From an uncultured Bacilli bacterium (GTDB lineage Bacteria > Bacillota_I > Bacilli_A > RF39 > UBA660), in the NCBI GenBank assembly GCA_947626095.1, contig CANQQV010000002.1:64001-128000 (forward strand): 64,000 nt of DNA, in the 5' to 3' direction. Shown piece by piece: positions 9,631-19,348 of this stretch (positions are counted from its first letter, which is position 1; each line of letters opens with the position of its first letter). Below the pieces are notes generated by a model. The model was not told where the DNA came from, made no database searches, and worked only from the letters and a program-made list of their open reading frames with translations. The position numbers were made by a program, and so were the translations under genes.

Positions 9631-10692
9631 TTAAAGAATAAATCTAATTACATCTTGAATTGTAATATATAACATTAAAAGTAATAGTAAAGCAAAGAAG
9701 ATGGTTGTAGTTATCGCTTCGACTTTTTCATTAACTTTCTTACGAGTAATTAATTCAATAATTAAGAATAAAACATGGCCACCATCTAAGGCTGGGATTG
9801 GTAAGATATTCATGATACCTAAGTTAATACTTAAATAAGCAACTAAGAAAATAATGTTTTCAACTCCAGCTTTACGTGTTTCACCAACGACGGTATAAAT
9901 ACCAACAGGTCCTGATAAAGCATTTAATGATATTTTACCAGTGAATAAATTAGCAATTGTTAACCACATTTGTTCTACTGTACTACCAAATTTTAAGAAA
10001 CTATATTTTAAAGCAGGAACAAAGCCTTTTTTGATTTCACTTTTTAGTTCAATACCAAAGACGAATGATTCATTACCTTTTTCGTCTTTAACAGTTTCCG
10101 GTTTAACATTATATGTTGCTTCTTCCCCATTTTTATGTTTAACAGATATTTCATAAGTATTATCTTTATCTTTTAATAGTAATAGTAATTGTGCTTTATC
10201 CCAAGTTTTAACTTTACTACCATTAACTTTAGTAATAACATCACCAGCTTGGATACCAGCTTTTTCGGCAGGTTTTCCTTCAGTTACCCCAGTTATAACT
10301 GGTTTTAAAGAAGGTGCTCCCCAAATTAAAGCAATAACAAATAATAAGATTATGGCTAGTAAGAAGTTATTAAAAACACCAGCGACTAATATGATTAATC
10401 TTTGATACCATGGACGATTACACATAAATTTGTCTTTAGGTATTTTTTTAGTATCATCATCTTCATATATTTCACCAGCCATTTGGACATAACCACCAAT
10501 TGGTAAAGCTCTTATTGAATAATTAATACCATCTTTACCTTTGATAGTTTTAATTAATGGTCCCATACCAATGGAGAATTCATGAATAAAGACACCACTT
10601 TTTTTAGCAGTTAAGAAATGACCTAGTTCATGAACAAAAACTAAAATACCTAAAATAAATATAAATAATAAGATATTGATAATTGTATTCAT
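9631..10692 (-). CDS. rseP: RIP metalloprotease RseP
   Basis: HELGH, LPIGGYV, PDZ domain, NILPIPALDGG. Confidence 0.95.
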   Translation of the reverse strand: MNTIINILLFIFILGILVFVHELGHFLTAKKSGVFIHEFSIGMGPLIKTIKGKDGINYSIRALPIGGYVQMAGEIYEDDDTKKIPKDKFMCNRPWYQRLIILVAGVFNNFLLAIILLFVIALIWGAPSLKPVITGVTEGKPAEKAGIQAGDVITKVNGSKVKTWDKAQLLLLLKDKDNTYEISVKHKNGEEATYNVKPETVKDEKGNESFVFGIELKSEIKKGFVPALKYSFLKFGSTVEQMWLTIANLFTGKISLNALSGPVGIYTVVGETRKAGVENIIFLVAYLSINLGIMNILPIPALDGGHVLFLIIELITRKKVNEKVEAITTTIFFALLLLLMLYITIQDVIRFIL

Positions 10693-10701
10693 TTAATCAC
10701 C

Positions 10702-11508
10702 CTACTTTAAAAATTTTAAAACATTAATAATTATTATATAACCATATACTATAAAGCTTAAGCTATCAAGACGATCTAAGATACCACCATGACCTGGCAT
10801 AATATTAGAAAAATCTTTAATATCGTTTTCTCTTTTGATTTTACTGAAGAATAAATCTCCTAGTTGACCTAAGATTGTTAGGAATAAAGTCATAACAATT
10901 AAACCAAGTAAATTAACATTATTAGTAATAACATTATAATAGTATAATGTAGCAATAACAGTTCCTAGTAAAGAACCAGCTATACTACCTTCAACTGATT
11001 TCTTTGGTGATACTTTAGGAATAAGTTTATGTTTACCGATTAAGCAACCAATTAACATAGCAAAAGTATCAGTCATAACAGCAATTAAAATTAAGTATAG
11101 TAATAACCACTTGTCGGCATAACGAATTAAGATTAAGAAATTAAAGAAGAAACCAATAGTAATTATGCTACCTAATAAAGAGAAAGCTTTATGAGTATTA
11201 TAAGAATCGTCTTTACTAAAGATAGCTGGAATAAGAAGTAATAGAACTGATAAACAGATTATAGCAAATGATGCTCCATTATAAATATATGATGCTTGGA
11301 AACGATTATAAACAATTAATTCAAAACAAGCAAAAGCAATTAGTTTAATAAACATTGGAATATTTTTATGTTCTTTTAAATCACTTATTTCTTTAAATGC
11401 TAAAGCTGCGATAAGTCCTACCCCTAAGGCATATACTTTACCACCTATTAAATATAAGGGAATAACTATAATTAAAGCAATAATCGCACTAATTATTCTT
11501 TGTTTCAT
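10702..11508 (-). CDS. cdsA: Phosphatidate cytidylyltransferase
   Basis: [27 protein letters not shown]; start set at MKQRIISA (11508), overlapping the uppS end. Confidence 0.95.
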   Translation of the reverse strand: MKQRIISAIIALIIVIPLYLIGGKVYALGVGLIAALAFKEISDLKEHKNIPMFIKLIAFACFELIVYNRFQASYIYNGASFAIICLSVLLLLIPAIFSKDDSYNTHKAFSLLGSIITIGFFFNFLILIRYADKWLLLYLILIAVMTDTFAMLIGCLIGKHKLIPKVSPKKSVEGSIAGSLLGTVIATLYYYNVITNNVNLLGLIVMTLFLTILGQLGDLFFSKIKRENDIKDFSNIMPGHGGILDRLDSLSFIVYGYIIIINVLKFLK

Positions 11509-12211
11509 TACTATTACCTCCAAACCTTCTATTTCTTTTATTATATTCATCAATAGCTTTTTCAAATTCATCTTTATTAAAGTCTGGGAAATATACTTTT
11601 GGGAAATACATTTCAGCATAACTTAGTTCATAAATCATGAAATTGGAAATACGCTCTTCACCACTAGTTCTAATCATAAAATCGATTGGTGGTAATTCTT
11701 GATACATATATTTATATAAAATTTTTTCGTTAATATCTTCTTTATTTAGTTTACCAGCAAGTACATCTTCGCATACTTTTTTAGTCGCATCAGCTATTTC
11801 TTGTTGACCACCATAATTTAAACAGATATTAAAGACACCTTTCTTGTTGTTTTTAGTACGTTCAGTAATTACTTCCATAGCTTCTTTAACATCTTCTCTT
11901 AAGTTATCTTTACGGCCAGAAAATACGATTTTTATATCTTCATTATGAATTTTATTACATTCATTGTTAAACATATTAACAAATATATCCATTAAATAAG
12001 TTACTTCTTCATCACTACGTTTGAAATTCTCCGTAGAAAAAGCGAAAACACTTAAGTATTTAACACCTTTATTGATAATATAAGGAACTAAATCACGAAT
12101 GTTTTCAAAACCTTTTTGATGGCCTTTTAGAGAAGGTAAATTTCTTTCTTTCGCCCAACGACGATTACCATCTAAAATAATCGCTACATGAGTTGGATAG
12201 TTTTTTTCCAT
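11489..12211 (-). CDS. uppS: Undecaprenyl/polyprenyl diphosphate synthase
   Basis: [38 protein letters not shown]. Confidence 0.96.
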   Translation of the reverse strand: MEKNYPTHVAIILDGNRRWAKERNLPSLKGHQKGFENIRDLVPYIINKGVKYLSVFAFSTENFKRSDEEVTYLMDIFVNMFNNECNKIHNEDIKIVFSGRKDNLREDVKEAMEVITERTKNNKKGVFNICLNYGGQQEIADATKKVCEDVLAGKLNKEDINEKILYKYMYQELPPIDFMIRTSGEERISNFMIYELSYAEMYFPKVYFPDFNKDEFEKAIDEYNKRNRRFGGNSNETKNN

Positions 12212-12305
12212 TTCTAATCAAATCCTTCTTATATGATTATACTATTAAGATTAGGTAAAGGCAAGGAACAAAGCAGAAAAAAATATGCTATATAAGCATA
12301 CCTCT

Positions 12306-12551
12306 TTAAAATGAATCAATATTTATTTTAACTTTATTTAAACCTAGAATATAAGCATGAGCTTGAACTAAAGTACGAATAGCATTTGCCATCTTACCAT
12401 TACGACCGATAACTGCTCCCATGTCACTTTCGTGAACTATTATTTCTAAGATAGTTGAATCTTCTTCACCACCAAATTGTTGAACACTTACCATATCTGG
12501 TTCTTTAGCAATACTTTTAACTAGATATTCAGCAAATTCTTTTAATTCCAT
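12306..12551 (-). CDS. khpA: KH-domain RNA-binding protein KhpA
   Basis: DMGAVIGRNGKMANAIRT; directly after rpsP. Confidence 0.9.
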   Translation of the reverse strand: MELKEFAEYLVKSIAKEPDMVSVQQFGGEEDSTILEIIVHESDMGAVIGRNGKMANAIRTLVQAHAYILGLNKVKINIDSF

Positions 12552-12553
12552 AA

Positions 12554-12829
12554 TTATTTACCTTCTTTTTTAGATTCAGTATATTTTTTAATTATGCCTT
12601 GTTTGCTTAGTAAATTTTTAACAGTATCTGTTGGTATTGCACCATTATTTAACCAATATAAAGCTCTTTCTTCATCAATTTTAACTTCATATTCAGATGG
12701 GATTGGGTTGTATGTACCAATACTTTCAATAAATCTTCCATCTCTTGGAAAACGTGAGTCTGCTGCAACAATTCTATAGAATGGTCTTTGTTTAGCTCCG
12801 CCTCTTTTTAGTCTAATTTTAACTGCCAT
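12554..12829 (-). CDS. rpsP: 30S ribosomal protein S16
   Basis: [35 protein letters not shown]. Confidence 0.98.
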   Translation of the reverse strand: MAVKIRLKRGGAKQRPFYRIVAADSRFPRDGRFIESIGTYNPIPSEYEVKIDEERALYWLNNGAIPTDTVKNLLSKQGIIKKYTESKKEGK

Positions 12830-12857
12830 GTCTTTCCCTCCTTTGTTTAGCTACATT

Positions 12858-12886
12858 AATATATCAAATAATAAAAATGATGTCAA
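12858..12886 (-). promoter_or_regulatory. Sigma-A promoter of rpsP
   Basis: Minus strand TTGACA-17 nt-TATATT with an extended -10 TG. Confidence 0.7.
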
Positions 12887-12920
12887 CCTTTATTAGTTGA
12901 CATCTATATAAAAATGTAGA

Positions 12921-13442
12921 TTATTTTTCTTCGGTTATATAATCTTCTTTGATATCAGAAACATTTTCTTCTTCATAAAGATCATCCCAAGGTAATTCAT
13001 CTTCTTCAATGGCAATTTTAACTTTACCTTCACCAACGATTTCAACACCTAGTTCTTTTTCAATACTTAAGGTAACATCATTACCTTTAATTTTAACGTC
13101 TTGAACAGTTGGTTGTTTTAAACTTCTAACGATAATTTCGTTATCATTAGATAAAGAATCTAAGTCTTTAACTCTTAACTTCATATGATCAGTATAAGTA
13201 AAGTTTCGCGTAGTAACAGCAGTTTTAGAATCATTGTCATAGGAATACCAAACATTAATATCAAAGGAACCATTTATATTAACATCATTTTGGTTATTAG
13301 TACCAGAAAACTTATGGTTAATTACCCAACAACCTAGAACTGTATTAGGAGTATTTTCGGGAGTAAGGGTATAATTATCACGTGATGTTTTACGACCTTT
13401 ACCAACGATTGTTTTAGTAACAATTTCTTTAAAATTAGACAT
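12921..13442 (-). CDS. cotE: Outer spore coat morphogenetic protein CotE
   Basis: EIVTKTIVGKG, VLGCWVINH, GSFDINVWYSYDNDSKT, QP, VEIVGE, acidic tail. Confidence 0.9.
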   Translation of the reverse strand: MSNFKEIVTKTIVGKGRKTSRDNYTLTPENTPNTVLGCWVINHKFSGTNNQNDVNINGSFDINVWYSYDNDSKTAVTTRNFTYTDHMKLRVKDLDSLSNDNEIIVRSLKQPTVQDVKIKGNDVTLSIEKELGVEIVGEGKVKIAIEEDELPWDDLYEEENVSDIKEDYITEEK

Positions 13443-13460
13443 TTATTTCACCTCTAATTT

Positions 13461-13489
13461 AGTTTATGCAGTAGTGTCCTAATAATTGA
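13461..13489 (-). promoter_or_regulatory. Candidate sigma-E promoter of cotE
   Basis: Minus strand TCAATTA-14 nt-CATAAACT versus B. subtilis sigma-E consensus (t/g)CATATT-N14-CATACAnT. Confidence 0.5.
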
Positions 13490-13525
13490 ATAAAAAAAAT
13501 AGATTATTATCTTGTAATAACCTAT

Positions 13526-14854
13526 TTAATCAGAATAAGTACTTGTTATACCAAAATAGTCTTCCATAGTAAGCCAATTACCATTGTTATATAGTTTGGT
13601 AGCTAATTCTTTACCGACATATCTAAAGTGCCAAGGTTCATATTTATAACCAGTTTCATTGGTTTTACCATTCGGGTATCTTAAGATAAAACCATATTTA
13701 TAGCAATTCTCATCTAACCAAAGAGCGGCAGGAGTACCAATAAAAGTATCATCTATAATATTAACGTCAAAAGCTAAACCAGATTGATGTTCGGAATGAC
13801 CGGCTCTTGCAGAATAAGTATCAGCTAAAGTTACACCATCTTCGGCAACATATTTTTTATATAAGTTATATTGAGTATTATATGAGCGGAAGCCACTTTG
13901 AATCCAAAGGTTAATATTATCTAATTTAGCAGCAGCTTGCATCACATAAAAAGCATCAGTAGTTTCTTTAGTTAAACTTTTACCATAAGAAGATGGTAAT
14001 GAATAAGTTTTATTAACAACTAAATAACCATCAATATAAGTAACACCATTTTTAGTTACGCCTGCAAATCCTTTAGAAGTCGTAAAATGAACTTCGGTAT
14101 CAGAATTGTCTTCTGTTTTATTATCTGAAGTTTGAGAAGAATTTGAATTGGTTGAATTATTTGGGATAGTTGTTGAACTATTTTGGTTAGATGACTGAGT
14201 ACTAGTATTTGTTTTAGTTGTATTTGAAGAATTATTAGATTTAGTTTGAGTGCTGGTATTAGCTTTGCTACTATTGTTTTCGTTAGTTGATTTTTTATCT
14301 TCCTTAACATTCAATATAAAACTTTCTTTAGTCGTGTTATTGCTTGAATCAGTAGCTACATAAAATAAATTATAGGTGCCTACCACTTTAAAATCATAAT
14401 TACCTTCAATCGTTGGTATGATTGTTTCATTAGAATTATCGGTGACAACGACATCAGCAAGTAAGTTTACTTCTTGACCAACTAAAGTATTTATTTCTGC
14501 AGGGAAAGTTATAGTTGGTTTTTCGTTATCAACAACATCTATATATATAGCTATTTTTTGAATTTGCTTGTTTAAATCTTCAACTTCGATATCAACTTTT
14601 TTTTGACCAATTGCTGTAGTATCTACTAGTTCTTTGGTGGTAAGAATATGACCATTTTCAAGTTTAGTTATATAGTCTAAATTATAAATTTTATCATTTA
14701 ATTCTACTTGAGCGTTTTTATATTTTAAAATTAATTCAGGAATTTCAACTGGTTTAGTTTCTTTCTTTAAATTAACTATCATAAAAGATATACCAACGAT
14801 TAAGAAAATTGGTATTATAAATAGAATTATTTTTTTAGCATTTATCTTTTTCAT
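13526..14854 (-). CDS. Membrane-anchored D-Ala-D-Ala carboxypeptidase (M15B/VanY family) with Ig-like domains and a Ser/Thr/Asn linker
   Basis: N-terminal TM; SGFRSYNTQ, SARAGHSEHQSGLAFD, EPWHFRYVG. Confidence 0.88.
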   Translation of the reverse strand: MKKINAKKIILFIIPIFLIVGISFMIVNLKKETKPVEIPELILKYKNAQVELNDKIYNLDYITKLENGHILTTKELVDTTAIGQKKVDIEVEDLNKQIQKIAIYIDVVDNEKPTITFPAEINTLVGQEVNLLADVVVTDNSNETIIPTIEGNYDFKVVGTYNLFYVATDSSNNTTKESFILNVKEDKKSTNENNSSKANTSTQTKSNNSSNTTKTNTSTQSSNQNSSTTIPNNSTNSNSSQTSDNKTEDNSDTEVHFTTSKGFAGVTKNGVTYIDGYLVVNKTYSLPSSYGKSLTKETTDAFYVMQAAAKLDNINLWIQSGFRSYNTQYNLYKKYVAEDGVTLADTYSARAGHSEHQSGLAFDVNIIDDTFIGTPAALWLDENCYKYGFILRYPNGKTNETGYKYEPWHFRYVGKELATKLYNNGNWLTMEDYFGITSTYSD

Positions 14855-15005
14855 AAAATCATCTTCTTTACTACTTCAAAATTTTAAATGCTATTATAAT
14901 TTTAACAATCTCGAATAATGATGTCAATTAGCGTGAAAAGCGATGATAAGATTTTTGACAGTTATATGAATTTAAATAAAAAAAATAGATTATTATAGAA
15001 ATAAT

Positions 15006-16436
15006 CTATTTAAGATAATCTTTGATATTTCTTTTAGCTTTAGAAGTTATAACATGATCTAGCCAACTTTTATGGGGATGAGATTTGCTATTATGAAGGA
15101 GCATAATACGATCTTTATTATTTAATTTGTGAAATAGTTTAACTTCTTTGCCATTAATATAAGCTTTGCTTAAGTGGTTGCCTATATCACTATGAACTTT
15201 ATAAGCAAAATCGATTACGGTAGAACCTTTTGGTAATTCAATAATATCTCCACGAACAGTATATACATATATATTATTAGAAAATATTTCTTGCTTAACA
15301 CGAGCTATAAAATCAGAATCACTCTTAACAACAGCATTTAGGTCTCTTAAAGTATTAAAGAATTGATAATTTAGTTTTAATTCATATTGCATTTTAGTAC
15401 GTCCTTCTTCTCTAAACATTTTCCAATAAGCTGCTAATCCTAAAGAGTTAATATCATCCATAGTTTTAGTTTTGATTTGGAATTGTAATAAGTGATTATG
15501 GGGACCAAAAACAGTTGTATGTAGGGAACGATACATATTAGTTTTGGGACAAGCAATATAATCTTTAAATTTGTTATTCATTGGGGTATATAGTTTATGA
15601 ATAAGACCTAAGACACGATATGGATCTTCGTTATCACCTACGATTAATTTAAAATTAACTAAGTCATGAATATCATTTAGTTTGTAGCCTTTATTAAGTT
15701 TTTGGTATAAATGATAGATATTTAAAACTTTAATACGATATGTATATTTGATATTATTTTCTTTTAAGATATTTTCAACATCGATAACTGCTTGATTACA
15801 ACATTCTTCGTAATCTTGTTCAATTTCTAATTTTTTATCTTTTAACATATCGTAAGAAGCTTTATCTAAGTATGATAAGCATAAATCTTCTAATTCACAT
15901 TTTAAAGTAAAAGCACCAATAAAGTAAGCAATAGGAACAAAGATATATAATGTTTCTTCAGCACTTCTGATTTGCTTATATGGTTCTTTAAAAGATAAAG
16001 TACGCATGTTATGTAAGCGGTCACATAGTTTGATAATAATGATACGAACATCATCGTTTAAACTGTTGATAAGTCTTCTAATATTAGCATTGGTTTCTTC
16101 ATCTTTATTGTTAAAGTGCATATTACTTAATTTAGTTACACCATCAACTAAGAAAGCAACATCATCACCAAAATCACGACGAATATCTTTAATAGTAAGT
16201 TCAGTATCTTCAACGACATCATGTAATAAACCAGCACATAAGGAAGATCCATCAGCTTTGAAAGTAGTTAAATTTAAACAGACATTTAAGGGATGAATAA
16301 TATATGGTTCACCACTTTCTCTTTTTTGGTTACGATGAGCATAACTTGCTACTTCGTAAGCTTTTTTAACACGTTCGATTTCTTCTGGGTTATATTTTTT
16401 GATTTCCTCTATTACTTCTTCAATCGTAATACTCAT
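15006..16436 (-). CDS. RelA/SpoT homolog: HD hydrolase + degenerate synthetase + TGS, lacking the C-terminal ZFD/ACT
   Basis: GEPYIIHP, LHDVVED, KLCDRLHNMRTL, KDYIACPK..YRSLHTT, TGS LPKGSTVIDFAYKVHSDIG; start set at MSITI. Confidence 0.88.
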   Translation of the reverse strand: MSITIEEVIEEIKKYNPEEIERVKKAYEVASYAHRNQKRESGEPYIIHPLNVCLNLTTFKADGSSLCAGLLHDVVEDTELTIKDIRRDFGDDVAFLVDGVTKLSNMHFNNKDEETNANIRRLINSLNDDVRIIIIKLCDRLHNMRTLSFKEPYKQIRSAEETLYIFVPIAYFIGAFTLKCELEDLCLSYLDKASYDMLKDKKLEIEQDYEECCNQAVIDVENILKENNIKYTYRIKVLNIYHLYQKLNKGYKLNDIHDLVNFKLIVGDNEDPYRVLGLIHKLYTPMNNKFKDYIACPKTNMYRSLHTTVFGPHNHLLQFQIKTKTMDDINSLGLAAYWKMFREEGRTKMQYELKLNYQFFNTLRDLNAVVKSDSDFIARVKQEIFSNNIYVYTVRGDIIELPKGSTVIDFAYKVHSDIGNHLSKAYINGKEVKLFHKLNNKDRIMLLHNSKSHPHKSWLDHVITSKAKRNIKDYLK

Positions 16437-16495
16437 AAAACACACTTCCATTACTACTATGTACACATAATAACACAACTAAAAGAAAAAAACCA

Positions 16496-18358
16496 TTAGT
16501 ATAATGGTTCATTTGCAGCTTTCTTTTTCTTTTGTTTATTAACAACAACTATTATGATAATAATAGCAACTAAAATAATAGCACCAAGTAGAAGATAATA
16601 TTTATATTTATTAAATATTTTAGTTAATGGTCCTTCTTCATTAATTAGTTCATTAGTTGTAATAACGTAATGAGGATCACCATTAGTAATAAAGGATATA
16701 TAACCATTATTAACTTTAATACCATCAGTGATTAGTTTATAGTTACCTTGTTGTTCATATGAATAAATTCGAACAATATCACCGTCTTTATATTTATCAT
16801 CTAAATACAATAATACTTCATTATCTTCTGGAATATGCGTAGTATATATTAAAGTACTACCCTCTTCTTTATTTAAAGAGATATCTAATTCTTCACTAGG
16901 TAGATTATTTTGAAGTTTTACTTGGTATAATAAGCCACCATAGGTATCCACGACATTATAATATAAAATGTAATTATTATTTTTTAAACTGTTTAATAAT
17001 TCACTTGAAATATTACTAATATTATTAGCTGATGTTTCATACAAGATATTACCAGTTATAGTTGTATTTAAGTCAGTAATTAAATTAGCATCACTAGGAT
17101 TTTTATATACAACTATCGTATAGTCTGTTTTATCATTATTTTTTTCAGTAACGGTTATAGTTACAACATTTAAGCCTGGTTTTAAGTCTTTGTTGCCATT
17201 TACTTCAGCTTTAGCTGTACTACTTTCGGTGATGTAATCTAAATCTAAAGATGAAGTATCTTTACTAACACTAAATAAATATTTGGTTTCTGTACCTAAA
17301 GGTAAAGCCAAATTATTAACTTTAAGACTTTTCAATTTACTACTTTCAGTTATAGGGTTAATTTCTTCATTAGAACGAGTAATATTGATAGTATAGTTAG
17401 ATTCATTACCTGAGGAAGACGTTACTTTTAAATTAAAGGTATTAAGTCCCATAGCTAAAGTTTTAGTTCCTGTTCCAACGATTGTAGCGCGGGAATCAGT
17501 AGCTGTTGCCGTAATTAAAATACTTTCAACGCTACGACTAACAACAGCATCGTAGGTTGTTTTATTTTCTTGGTAAGCAATATTTGTATTGGAAACACTA
17601 AGATTTTTTAAAGTCGTATCGCCACTACGGTCATCGGTTCGCGTAATATTTATTAAGTAAGTTCGCGATGAACCATCTTGAGAACTAACAATGACACGGA
17701 CTTTATTAGGACCATATTCTAGTTTTTTAAGACCAGTTCCAGTAATAGTTTGATTTTCTTCACCTTTACTAGCACTAATATTTACCTCCGTAATATTAGA
17801 GGGAACGGTTACATTATATTCATAAGTAGTTTTAGAAAAAGTAGGATTCATATTATATCCATCAACTTTTAAAGAACTAAGAAAAGTATTAGTACTAGGA
17901 TTAACAGCATTGATAGTAACACCAGCAAATGATTGGGCGATTATATCACCATTAGTGTAATAACTTTTCGTAACATTACCATTTTCATCAGCTGAATCTA
18001 TTTCTATTTTAGAAACACCGGTTTTTAAAACTTTAAACTTAAATTGCATTTGGTTTCCTGGAGTCCATATATGGCCATTATTAGGTTTTTTGATATATAA
18101 ATCACCATTTTTAGCGACGACATCACCAGTACCTTGAATCCAATAAGCTTGTTCATATTGAAAATAACTAGGATCGTATTTTATATGGACATATATTTCA
18201 CTAATATTTAAATCACCATAACGAGTAGTTAAAAGAATATATACTTCAGAACCAACGATTGGTCTTTGTGTAGAAGCTTCAAGGAAGGTAGCAGCCTTTA
18301 CCATATAAGGAAATAAAATAAATAAAATTAAGATTAAAACTAGTTTTATTCTTTTCAT
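16496..18358 (-). CDS. Surface protein with cohesin-like and cadherin-like beta-sandwich domains, C-terminal TM anchor
   Basis: Signal peptide; three LSSLKV...TYxINITR-type repeats; C-terminal TM + KKKK. Confidence 0.75.
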   Translation of the reverse strand: MKRIKLVLILILFILFPYMVKAATFLEASTQRPIVGSEVYILLTTRYGDLNISEIYVHIKYDPSYFQYEQAYWIQGTGDVVAKNGDLYIKKPNNGHIWTPGNQMQFKFKVLKTGVSKIEIDSADENGNVTKSYYTNGDIIAQSFAGVTINAVNPSTNTFLSSLKVDGYNMNPTFSKTTYEYNVTVPSNITEVNISASKGEENQTITGTGLKKLEYGPNKVRVIVSSQDGSSRTYLINITRTDDRSGDTTLKNLSVSNTNIAYQENKTTYDAVVSRSVESILITATATDSRATIVGTGTKTLAMGLNTFNLKVTSSSGNESNYTINITRSNEEINPITESSKLKSLKVNNLALPLGTETKYLFSVSKDTSSLDLDYITESSTAKAEVNGNKDLKPGLNVVTITVTEKNNDKTDYTIVVYKNPSDANLITDLNTTITGNILYETSANNISNISSELLNSLKNNNYILYYNVVDTYGGLLYQVKLQNNLPSEELDISLNKEEGSTLIYTTHIPEDNEVLLYLDDKYKDGDIVRIYSYEQQGNYKLITDGIKVNNGYISFITNGDPHYVITTNELINEEGPLTKIFNKYKYYLLLGAIILVAIIIIIVVVNKQKKKKAANEPLY

Positions 18359-18469
18359 ACTAACTCCCTATTCTTTCTATTTTTTATTATATTATATATT
18401 TTTAGATAATTCAATTAATAGCATTTACCTTTTATATTTTTTTTGATAACATAATGGTGGTGAAAAAAA

Positions 18470-18838
18470 ATGAAAGATTGTGTATTTTGTAAAATTATAA
18501 AGGGAGAAATTCCAGCGAAGAAAATATTTGAAGATGAAAAAGTTATGGTAATTATGGATGCTAATCCACAAACGGATGGCCATGTTTTAGTTATGCCAAA
18601 AGAACATGTTACAGACTATACAGAGTTAAGTGATGAATTACTACAACATATTAATAAGGTAGCTAAAGAAATAGCACCTAGTTTAATGAAAAAACTAGAT
18701 GCTAAAGCAATGACTTTTGTAGTTAACTATGGTGATAGTCAAGCTGTTAAACATTTTCATCTACATTTAATCCCTGACTATTTAGTTAAAACAAAGAGTG
18801 AAAAAACAATTGATGAAGTTTATGAAATAATAAAATAG
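18470..18838 (+). CDS. HIT family protein (Hit/HinT-like)
   Basis: DCVFCKIIKGEIP, GHVLVMPKEH, QAVKHFHLHLIP. Confidence 0.9.
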   Translation: MKDCVFCKIIKGEIPAKKIFEDEKVMVIMDANPQTDGHVLVMPKEHVTDYTELSDELLQHINKVAKEIAPSLMKKLDAKAMTFVVNYGDSQAVKHFHLHLIPDYLVKTKSEKTIDEVYEIIK

Positions 18839-18862
18839 AAGATTTTTTAATCTTCTATTTTA
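18835..18862. terminator. Bidirectional intrinsic terminator
   Basis: AAAATAGAAGA-ttttttaa-TCTTCTATTTT between convergent genes. Confidence 0.65.
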
Positions 18863-19288
18863 TAAATATTTTTTTAAATTATTTAAGTTTTTCTTTTCGA
18901 TTCTAAGTAATTTCTTAGCTAAAGAGATTGCTTTTTTATTTTGGCCATCATAATTATTTATTTTTTCTTCGATTTCGATGATACCTTTGTTATTACCAGT
19001 CATCATCATTTTAGCAAGATTACTAGTACTATTATCTATTATAGTTTGCCTTTTAGCATCAATTATTGTCATTAAGGTAGCCATTTTAGTTACGGGTTCA
19101 ACACTTTCGTGGCATTCACAAAGAAGAGATTTAGCTTCTTCACAGATAGTTAGATAGTCATTTTCTTGCTCTTTAATTTCTTGCATAAACTTTTTGTTCT
19201 TGATAGCGTCTTTAATATTGGCAATACCGATAATACCCATTTCGGCATTTTGATAAATATAGTTTAATAATTTAGTTTCATTAATCAT
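18860..19288 (-). CDS. Conserved hypothetical helical protein, probably sporulation-associated
   Basis: LLNYIYQNAEMG...SNLAKMMMTGNNKG...LKKYL; preceded by a sigma-G-like promoter. Confidence 0.55.
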   Translation of the reverse strand: MINETKLLNYIYQNAEMGIIGIANIKDAIKNKKFMQEIKEQENDYLTICEEAKSLLCECHESVEPVTKMATLMTIIDAKRQTIIDNSTSNLAKMMMTGNNKGIIEIEEKINNYDGQNKKAISLAKKLLRIEKKNLNNLKKYL

Positions 19289-19302
19289 CTTATCACCAGT
19301 AA

Positions 19303-19331
19303 TAGTATGATTTATTTAATTATTTTTATAC
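19303..19331 (-). promoter_or_regulatory. Candidate sigma-G (forespore) promoter
   Basis: Minus strand GTATA-17 nt-CATACTA, matching B. subtilis sigma-G consensus GHATR-N17/18-CATXHTA, just upstream of the GGTGA RBS. Confidence 0.6.
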
Positions 19332-19348
19332 AAAGAAAAAGAAGTTTA

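Noticed and set aside
13526-14854. VanY as part of a vancomycin resistance cluster
   Set aside because: No vanA/B, vanH, vanX or vanRS nearby; it fits an ordinary M15B wall carboxypeptidase.
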